A stretch of 41,096 bases of DNA, from NCBI GenBank assembly GCA_031265635.1, contig JAISCK010000033.1:1-41096 (forward strand). Reading direction: 5' to 3'. The translations under genes and the position numbers were made by a program. The DNA is from Spirochaetaceae bacterium. GTDB lineage: Bacteria > Spirochaetota > Spirochaetia > Treponematales > Breznakiellaceae. This document shows, piece by piece, positions 34,455 to 41,096 of the stretch; the first letter of the stretch is position 1; each line of letters opens with the position of its first letter. The notes beneath the pieces were generated by a model. It worked only from the letters and a program-made list of their open reading frames with translations, was not told the DNA's origin and made no database searches.

Positions 34455-36720
34455 CAGTCCCAAAAAGGACCTGTTTCTTAAATTCTTCGGATTTTCAAAA
34501 CCCCGGAAAGAAACCCTGACCGCCTTTTTGGGCGCCTTTGTCCTCCCGGCCTTTGTGGTCTGCAGCGGCATAGGCGGGAGGTCCCTCATGGAATCCCGTC
34601 TCCATGATTTTGAGGCGGGAAGGGTGGCCCCCAGGGACATCATCGCCGAAAAGACCATGTACTATACAGACGAGGAAGCCACAAAACTTAAAATCGAAGA
34701 CGCCGGGCGCGGCGTTCCGGCGGTTTTTAGATACTCCCGTGAAGACACGGCTCTGATTCTTTCCTCATACAAGCGCTTCATGGATATATCGGCGGACATC
34801 TTTCTCAAAGGCGATGCCTCAGGCGGCTATCAGGAAGCCGTACAGCGCGGCTTTCCCGGCGCCTTCACTCCTGAAATACTGGACGCGCTTTTCCGGGACC
34901 CCCTGCGGGAAAAGCTCCTTGAAGACGGCGGCGCTGTGCTGGCCCGTATTCTTGAGCGGGGAATTTTTGCCCTGCCCCGTACCGGGCTTGAGCTGTACAA
35001 CGCCGCTGAGGCCGAAGTCCTCTACGAAAACAACGGTGATGTTATCCGGGAACAGGTCCGCTATGACGATATCGCTACCGCCGCCACTATAACGGAACAG
35101 CTTGCCGCGCTTATCGCCGGGGGTTCCTATACGTCGGCCTTTGTTTCCGTGGCCCCGGAACTCATAAAACCTTTTATCGCCGAAAACGTGTTTTTCTCCG
35201 CCGGGGATACGGCGGAAAAAATTAACGCCCTGCGTTCCCAGGTGGAGCCGGTTACCGCCGTGATAGAGAAGGGCGAACACATTGTCCGCGAAGGTTTTAT
35301 CATAAGCGCCCGGGACATGGTAAAGCTCAATGTGCTTGATACCGTGATGACAAAAAATAACCTGGGCCGTTCAATAGGTTATTTTATCGCCCTGGCGGTC
35401 GCCGCCGCTCTGTGCGTATTCTTCCTGTGTCCGGGGAATTTCGGCAGACCCCTTAATGTAAGCGAACTGTACCTCCTCGCCATACTCTGCGCCGCCTATG
35501 TTACCGGCGCGGTATTTACCGCGGCTGCTGCGGTGCGGTTCCCCTATTATCCGGCGTCGCTCTTTTTCCCCACGGCCCTGACCGTGATGCTTCCGGCCAT
35601 TCTCATAGGCGCCCGCGCGGCGCTGTCCCTGACCGTGCTTCTTCCCCTTGCCGCCCTTGTTACCGGTTCCTTTGACGGCCAGGCTTTTGTCTTTGCCCTG
35701 GTATCGGGATTTTCCGCGGTGTTCACCATTCAGGGCGTGGAACGCCGCATGGACCTGTTCAAGGCGGGTTTCTTTGTGGCGGCCGCGAACACGGTGGTCA
35801 TGGCGGCCCTGCTCCTTACCGGGCAGGCGCCCCTCCTTGAGTTTCCCGGCATACTGCTCTGGGCCGCCGCGAACGGCCTTGTCCAGGGCATGCTGGTCAT
35901 GGGTTTTCTTCCTCCCCTGGAACAACTGCTCAATACCGCTACGGTATTCAGGCTCATTGAACTTTCGGATCTTAACGCGCCGGTACTCAAACGCCTTCTT
36001 ACCGTCGCGCCGGGGACCTACAGCCATTCGGTAATGGTGGCCAATCTCGCCGAATCGGCCTGCCAGGACATAGGGGCCAACGGCCTTCTTGCCAGGGTGG
36101 GAGCCTATTACCACGACATAGGCAAGATGGACCAGAGCGATTATTTTATCGAGAACCAGGCCGCGTACAACAAGCATGTGGAACTTGCCCCGAGGCTTTC
36201 TGCAACCGTTATACGCAGCCATGTAAAGATAGGGGTAGAAAAAGCCCGGCGTATGGCGCTTCCCCGGGAGGTCATTGATATCATCAGGGAACACCACGGC
36301 AATTCGGTGATTACCTGGTTTTACAATGAAGCGCTGAAACGGGAATCCCAGGTGAACATCGAGGACTTCACCTATCCGGGAAACCCGCCCCGCTCGCGGG
36401 AATCGGCCGTGGTCATGCTCGCCGACATAGTGGAAGCCGCCGTGCGCACCCTGAAAAAACCGACCGTAACGCGGCTTGAGAAATTCATACAGGAACTCTT
36501 CATGTCCAAACTTGAAAACGACCAGCTTTCCCAATCCGATCTGAGCTTTCATGACCTGGAAATTATTAAGATGGCCTTTATCAGGGTTCTTGCCGGGCAC
36601 TATCATTCACGCATTGAATATCCCAAGCTGAACAGGGAAGCGTCCCCGGGCGCGCCCCCGGGCGGCGTTGTTTCCCGAGGCCGCGCCGGAACCGGCGCGC
36701 GTTCCGATGAACAAGGTTGA
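34438..36720 (+). CDS. 7TM-receptor HD-domain phosphohydrolase (PgpH/YqfF-like HDIG protein)
   Basis: Extracellular N-domain, seven TM helices, and a C-terminal HD domain with YSHSVMVANL and YYHDIGK (HDIG). ATG 34438 overlaps the end of phoH by 17 nt. Confidence 0.85.
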   Translation: MKKDPDSPKKDLFLKFFGFSKPRKETLTAFLGAFVLPAFVVCSGIGGRSLMESRLHDFEAGRVAPRDIIAEKTMYYTDEEATKLKIEDAGRGVPAVFRYSREDTALILSSYKRFMDISADIFLKGDASGGYQEAVQRGFPGAFTPEILDALFRDPLREKLLEDGGAVLARILERGIFALPRTGLELYNAAEAEVLYENNGDVIREQVRYDDIATAATITEQLAALIAGGSYTSAFVSVAPELIKPFIAENVFFSAGDTAEKINALRSQVEPVTAVIEKGEHIVREGFIISARDMVKLNVLDTVMTKNNLGRSIGYFIALAVAAALCVFFLCPGNFGRPLNVSELYLLAILCAAYVTGAVFTAAAAVRFPYYPASLFFPTALTVMLPAILIGARAALSLTVLLPLAALVTGSFDGQAFVFALVSGFSAVFTIQGVERRMDLFKAGFFVAAANTVVMAALLLTGQAPLLEFPGILLWAAANGLVQGMLVMGFLPPLEQLLNTATVFRLIELSDLNAPVLKRLLTVAPGTYSHSVMVANLAESACQDIGANGLLARVGAYYHDIGKMDQSDYFIENQAAYNKHVELAPRLSATVIRSHVKIGVEKARRMALPREVIDIIREHHGNSVITWFYNEALKRESQVNIEDFTYPGNPPRSRESAVVMLADIVEAAVRTLKKPTVTRLEKFIQELFMSKLENDQLSQSDLSFHDLEIIKMAFIRVLAGHYHSRIEYPKLNREASPGAPPGGVVSRGRAGTGARSDEQG

Positions 36721-37162
36721 AGTGCGGGCCGAGGGGCTTCCCCTGCCTCTCTGGTCCGGCCGGCTTGAGGCTTTTGCCCTCAGGGTACTCAGGCGGCTTG
36801 AGGTAAAAAAATGGGACCTTTCGGTGCTGCTCTGCGACGGAAAAACCATGGCGGAACTTAACGGGCGCTACCGGGGCCTCTGTGAACCCACCGATGTGCT
36901 TTCCTTTGAACTGGGCGAAACATACAGGGCCGGCGGGGAAGAACGCTTTCTTCCCGGCGATGTGGTCATTTCCCTTCCCAGCCTCAGCGAAAACGCCGCG
37001 TATTTTAACGTAAGCGAAGACGAGGAATTGCGCCGCCTTGTGGTTCACGGTATTCTGCACCTTGACGGAATGGACCACCGGGGAAACGGCGCGGAGGAGC
37101 CTATGCTTGATCTTCAGGAAACCATACTTTCCGAACTTGACGGGGAGCGTATACTGCCATGA
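36707..37162 (+). CDS. ybeY: rRNA maturation endoribonuclease YbeY
   Basis: Zinc motif HGILHLDGMDH. About 150 aa. Its position follows phoH/HD as in many bacteria. Confidence 0.9.
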   Translation: MNKVEVRAEGLPLPLWSGRLEAFALRVLRRLEVKKWDLSVLLCDGKTMAELNGRYRGLCEPTDVLSFELGETYRAGGEERFLPGDVVISLPSLSENAAYFNVSEDEELRRLVVHGILHLDGMDHRGNGAEEPMLDLQETILSELDGERILP

Positions 37163-37929
37163 AAACGCCTTTGTTTTTTTCAGCATTGTTGAAGAAAGGG
37201 AAGAAGGGCTACCACGGCCTTGAATCCGACCAAAAGGAAATGATACGGGGCGTGGTGGAACTTTCCGAAACCACGGTCAAGGAAGTGATGGTCTCCCGTA
37301 TTGATACGGTCTTTCTGTCCGTTGACTCAAGTCCCGGTGAAATACTGGAGCGTATTTCCGCGAGCGGCCATTCACGCTTTCCCGTATACCGGGAAACCAT
37401 AGATAATGTCATCGGCGTACTCTATGTAAAAGACGTACTCCATACCCTGGTCCAGAAGGAAGAACTGCTCATAGAAAAGCTCCTTAAAAAACCCTTCTTT
37501 GTTCCCGGTTCAAAACATATCGACGACCTCCTGCGGGAACTGCGCCGCCGCAGGGTGCATATAGCGGTAGTGGTAGACGAATACGGCGGCGTATCGGGCA
37601 TAGTCTGTATGGAAGATATCATTGAGGAAATAGTCGGGGACATACAGGACGAGTTTGACAATGAGAAGGAAGATATATTGAAGCTGGGCCAGGGCAGCTA
37701 TCTCTGTGATGCCAGGGTAAACCTTGAGGACCTTTCCGAAGAGTTGGGCGTCAAACTGCCGGTAAACGAATTCGATACCCTTGGGGGCTTTGTATTTGAT
37801 CTTTTCGGCAAAATACCGGTAAAATACGAGAAGGTTGTTTTCGAGGGAAACGATTTTATCATCCAGGACGTGGATGGTCATAAAATAAATACCGTTAAGG
37901 TGGTGCTGAACCAGCAATCCCGTACCTGA
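37159..37929 (+). CDS. CBS-pair plus CorC_HlyC domain protein (CorC/YbeX/TlyC-like)
   Basis: Tandem CBS region (VKEVMVSRIDT ... VVDEYGGVSGIVCMEDIIEEIVGDIQDE) and a C-terminal transporter-associated domain. ATGA overlap with ybeY. Confidence 0.85.
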   Translation: MKTPLFFSALLKKGKKGYHGLESDQKEMIRGVVELSETTVKEVMVSRIDTVFLSVDSSPGEILERISASGHSRFPVYRETIDNVIGVLYVKDVLHTLVQKEELLIEKLLKKPFFVPGSKHIDDLLRELRRRRVHIAVVVDEYGGVSGIVCMEDIIEEIVGDIQDEFDNEKEDILKLGQGSYLCDARVNLEDLSEELGVKLPVNEFDTLGGFVFDLFGKIPVKYEKVVFEGNDFIIQDVDGHKINTVKVVLNQQSRT

Positions 37930-37970
37930 ATGGCGGGCGTGTGCGGGGGTTACTGTAAAGGGGCGGTCCA

Positions 37971-39980
37971 ATGAAACACCGGAATAGCCTTTCGGGGCGC
38001 GGCGTTAAAAGAACTGTATTCATATTTTTCCTGTTGTTTCTTGCCGCAAGGCCCTTTGCCCAGAGCGGAAGGAGCGCCGCTTCCCTGTATGAACAGGGAC
38101 AGAGCGCCATGCTCAACGAGGACTGGTATGCCGCGGCCGAGGCTTTTCAGGAAGTCTTGAGAATCAACCCCGCCCACGCCGGAGCCGCCGGGGCCCTTGC
38201 CGAGTCATATTATGAACTGGGGGAATACGATCAGGCCCTGAGCTGGACGCGCCAGGCCCGGCTTCTTGCCAGGGGCCGTTCCGACATCGCGAACCTGGAA
38301 GCCTTTACCCTCATAGCCCTGGGGCATCTTGACGCGGCCGCTTCGATAATCGGCGAGGTTCTTGCCAGGGAGCCGTACAACAGGGAAGCCCTTTTTGCCG
38401 CCGCGGAACTGGATATAGCCAGGGGCCATACCGGAGACGCGGTGCGGCGCTACCGTGAGGCAGCCCGCCGTTATCCTGATGACAGGCGGGTGCTCATTTC
38501 GCTGGCCCTGGTACTCGGTTCCATGGGGGACGCGGAGAATGCCCGCATCTATATCGCCAGGGCGGTAAACCAGCATCCTGATGATTACCGGGTGCATTAC
38601 TACGCCGCCTATCTTGACGCGGCTTCGGACCTGCTGCCCGGCGCCATACGCTACGCCGAAAAAGCCCTCAGTCTCAGGCCGGGTTTCGCTCCGGCCCGCT
38701 CCCTCCTGGCCAGCCTCCGTTACCGTTCCGGCCAGTACCAGGAAGCGGCCAGGCTTGCCGACGAAATCATTGCCTCGGACAGGCAGAATGTTTCAGCGTG
38801 GTATCTCAAGGGAATGTCCTATATGCGCATGGGCAGGTATCCCGATGCCATAGCCATACTCCAGGCGGCGCTCGGCATAGATACTGATGATGAATTTGTG
38901 CGGGCGGCCCTGGAAGACCTGGTCATAGCCCATACAAGCCTTGAGGACAGCCAGAGGGGCCGCTGGGCCCAGTGGCATTTTAACCGGGCCAGGGACTACA
39001 GAAGGGAAAACCTTCTTGACCAGGCCCTCTTTGAATACCGCCGGGGCCTCCGCATTTACCCCTATGCCCCCGACCGCAGGGAATATGCCGAACTGCTCCG
39101 CATCCAGGGCTATCCTTCCCGTTATGTGGACGAACTCCGTTTCCTCCAGAACCTGGGTCTTGCCGACCGTACCATAAACGACGCTGTCGAAACCTATGAT
39201 TCCCTGCTTTCCGACGCCATATTCCGCCAGTGGGCGGTTGATCCCGTGGAACTTGCCGCCCGGCACTGGAAGATTGCCGTTTTTTCCCTGGCCTCCCAGT
39301 CCGCGTTTTACCATCCTGACGCCGGTTCCGTGGGTTCGGCGTATATCAGGGATATACTGGTCCATGACCGTAACATACTTCCCCTTGATCTGGAACTCCG
39401 CCAGGCAAGCTATTCCCAGGCTTTCAGGAGCGCCCGGGAAGCGGGTGCGGATTATTTTCTTATTGTCAGCGTTTCCGAAAACGAAAGGGATCTGTCCGTC
39501 AGGGGAGAGCTTTTTGTCGGCCGTACAGGGTCCCGGGCGGCGTCTTTGTACGCTTTCAGAACCGGGCCTGACCGGCTCAGAAACGCGTCAAGAAACATCG
39601 TGGAGCAGCTTGCGGCGGCACTGCCGTTCAGGGCTGAACTGATACGCCGCAGGGGTTCCCAGGCCCTCATTGACAAGGGCAGGGCGGACGGCCTTACAGG
39701 CGGCGGCGTATACGAGATCATAAAAAAGGGCAGGGCGGGGCTTCTCAATGAAGGCATAGGCATACGCTATTATCCTGAAGATCTCCTGGGTACTCTGGTA
39801 ATTGAAAATATAGGGGATGAAATCACCTCGGGCACGCTCAGCAGGAGCGGTTTCTTTGACCTTATTTCCACAGGCGACGAGGTCTTCCTCCGCGCCGAGG
39901 GCGAAACAGGAACGGCCCACCCGGTAGGAGAAGATCCGGTCAATCCCGAACTCCGTTCACTCCTGCGGAGTATACGCTGA
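37971..39980 (+). CDS. Secreted TPR-repeat protein
   Basis: Signal peptide and multiple TPR-like Ala/Tyr/Leu repeats (AAEAFQEVLRINPAHA, YDQALSWTRQA and others) in the first ~350 aa. Confidence 0.75.
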   Translation: MKHRNSLSGRGVKRTVFIFFLLFLAARPFAQSGRSAASLYEQGQSAMLNEDWYAAAEAFQEVLRINPAHAGAAGALAESYYELGEYDQALSWTRQARLLARGRSDIANLEAFTLIALGHLDAAASIIGEVLAREPYNREALFAAAELDIARGHTGDAVRRYREAARRYPDDRRVLISLALVLGSMGDAENARIYIARAVNQHPDDYRVHYYAAYLDAASDLLPGAIRYAEKALSLRPGFAPARSLLASLRYRSGQYQEAARLADEIIASDRQNVSAWYLKGMSYMRMGRYPDAIAILQAALGIDTDDEFVRAALEDLVIAHTSLEDSQRGRWAQWHFNRARDYRRENLLDQALFEYRRGLRIYPYAPDRREYAELLRIQGYPSRYVDELRFLQNLGLADRTINDAVETYDSLLSDAIFRQWAVDPVELAARHWKIAVFSLASQSAFYHPDAGSVGSAYIRDILVHDRNILPLDLELRQASYSQAFRSAREAGADYFLIVSVSENERDLSVRGELFVGRTGSRAASLYAFRTGPDRLRNASRNIVEQLAAALPFRAELIRRRGSQALIDKGRADGLTGGGVYEIIKKGRAGLLNEGIGIRYYPEDLLGTLVIENIGDEITSGTLSRSGFFDLISTGDEVFLRAEGETGTAHPVGEDPVNPELRSLLRSIR

Positions 39981-41096
39981 GATCCCGGCCAGTATCGCGT
40001 CAATCCATACGGATGCCTCGGCGTCCTCATAGGGCCTGACAAGGAGAAATTCAAAAAGGGCTTCCCGGTATTTGTTCAGGAAATAACAGGACTGGCCAAG
40101 GTAGAAATGGGCCCGGTATTCAATATCGGCGCTTCTGGGAAGGGAGAGGAACTGTATGAGTTCGTTTCTGGCCTGTTCCCACTGCCCCCGGCTGAACGAA
40201 TTCCGCACTATGGCGCCCAGGGCGTAATCGGCCCCGCCCGCGTTCTCGTCCAGGTCCCGTAAAAAGGCCCTGGGCCTCTTCCGCTCCGGCACCGGGGCCG
40301 TTTCGGTTTTTCCGAGAAGGGCGCCGACAGCCTGTTCCGCCTCGGCGCTGAGGGTCCGGGGGGAAGGCGTTTCCGCAAAACCCTGGGAACGGGGGACGGC
40401 ATTGCCCACCGAAACAAGCGGAAGGGGCATGGCGCGGATATCCCTTCCTTCCCGGGGCTCGGCGGAAAGCCGCGCCGCCTGGGTGGTGGCGTTCCGTCCG
40501 GGCGTTATGGAAACCCTGCCCTGGGCGAGATCTTCCTCAAGAATAACCGCGTAGAAGTAATCTATGTCCTGAACCGGATAATCGGTGAAAGGCGATCTTA
40601 CCGCTGTCTGCACAATCACCGCGCTCAAAAGGTCCTGCACGTTCCGTATGGGCCGTACGCTCCGGTAGAGTACCGGGGTTTTCCCTTCCCCCTGAACGGT
40701 AAACCGTATGACCACCGAATTACCCTGAACCGAAGTTTCCACAAAGGCCGTGCCGTCCAGTATACCCGGACCGCCCGACAGGGCTTCGCCCCCGGAAAAG
40801 GCATCCCCGATGCTGACACTGACGGTATTGTTAAGGGGTATGGGAATATCGTATAGTTTGCCCTGGCTGTCGCTTGCCGCGACAAAATAGTAAAAGGTCC
40901 CGGTGTTTTCGGGCTCGTCTATATACGATTCGCTGCCGTAGGGTATTTCCTCCGGCCTTTCCGGCCTGTCCGCCCCCGCCTCGATGGGCCGGTCCGAGCG
41001 GTACACATACACAGGGCCCCTGACATCCGGGGAATCCCGCCAGGTCAGGCGCACCAGGTTGTTCTTTACCTCTACCGTAAGCCTGGACACAAAGGG
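39957..41096 (-). CDS. Hypothetical protein, 5'-truncated by the window edge: two FN3-like repeats plus a C-terminal TPR-like segment
   Basis: The frame stays open to the window end. Internal repeat LVRLTWRDS..PVYVYRSDRPI..YYFVAA versus VVIRFTVQG..PVLYRSVRPI..YFYAVI. The 3' end overlaps the convergent TPR gene by 24 nt. Confidence 0.6.
   Translation of the reverse strand, partial: PFVSRLTVEVKNNLVRLTWRDSPDVRGPVYVYRSDRPIEAGADRPERPEEIPYGSESYIDEPENTGTFYYFVAASDSQGKLYDIPIPLNNTVSVSIGDAFSGGEALSGGPGILDGTAFVETSVQGNSVVIRFTVQGEGKTPVLYRSVRPIRNVQDLLSAVIVQTAVRSPFTDYPVQDIDYFYAVILEEDLAQGRVSITPGRNATTQAARLSAEPREGRDIRAMPLPLVSVGNAVPRSQGFAETPSPRTLSAEAEQAVGALLGKTETAPVPERKRPRAFLRDLDENAGGADYALGAIVRNSFSRGQWEQARNELIQFLSLPRSADIEYRAHFYLGQSCYFLNKYREALFEFLLVRPYEDAEASVWIDAILAGISAYTPQE

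Noticed and set aside
33456-37929. The phoH / 7TM-HD / ybeY / corC block with 4-17 nt gene overlaps, considered as a possible novel system.
   Set aside because: This is the widely conserved ybeZYX-type ribosome-maturation/stress operon, with the Gram-positive/spirochaete-style PgpH-like insert. It is ordinary housekeeping.
1-41096. Search for CRISPR arrays, transposases, integrases, toxin-antitoxin pairs, restriction-modification or other recognisable defence modules.
   Set aside because: I saw no spaced short direct repeats and no ORFs with recombinase, nuclease, methylase or small TA-like features. The only mobility signal is the tRNA-fragment scar.

Overview
This 41 kb window reads as chromosomal DNA from a Treponema-like spirochaete. 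Evidence for that is Cys-lipobox signal peptides, uvrA immediately followed by an OstA/LptD-like outer-membrane gene, and a phoH / 7TM-HD / ybeY / corC operon. No integrase, transposase, CRISPR array, rRNA or recognisable defence gene is visible.

The right third (27.0-41.1 kb) is housekeeping: uvrA, an LptD-like gene, the phoH-ybeY operon and TPR proteins. The left two thirds are accessory-looking metabolism in four blocks:
1. 46-6574 (+): a six-gene operon built around a BKACE (beta-keto acid cleavage) enzyme. It also carries a PanE-like reductase, a permease, an SDR, an orphan butyrate kinase and a thiolase.
2. 6706-8484 (+): an AT-rich pair, MBL-fold hydrolase plus FAH-family enzyme.
3. 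8490-19052 (-): a tightly packed nine-gene operon. It holds two MmgE/PrpD-family enzymes, an EPSP-synthase-fold enzyme with an atypical active-site loop, a LacI regulator and a five-component Opp-type ABC importer. It diverges from a DASS-like permease gene across a 253 bp AT-rich region that carries three copies of GAAAACGTTAT placed over two good sigma70-like promoters. I consider this the best candidate for an undescribed uptake/conversion system.
4. 22546-26661 (+): two paralogous lipoprotein flavin reductases (FMN_bind plus flavocytochrome-c-type FAD domain) in a lower-GC stretch just downstream of tRNA-Val. That tRNA is surrounded by duplicated fragments of its own T-arm and acceptor end.

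Two non-coding candidates stand out. One is a 175 nt rod-like hairpin with a GCAA tetraloop at 20773-20947. The other is an orphan promoter plus intrinsic terminator unit upstream of uvrA at 26770-26917.

All functional calls come from reading motifs in the supplied translations. No database search was run.
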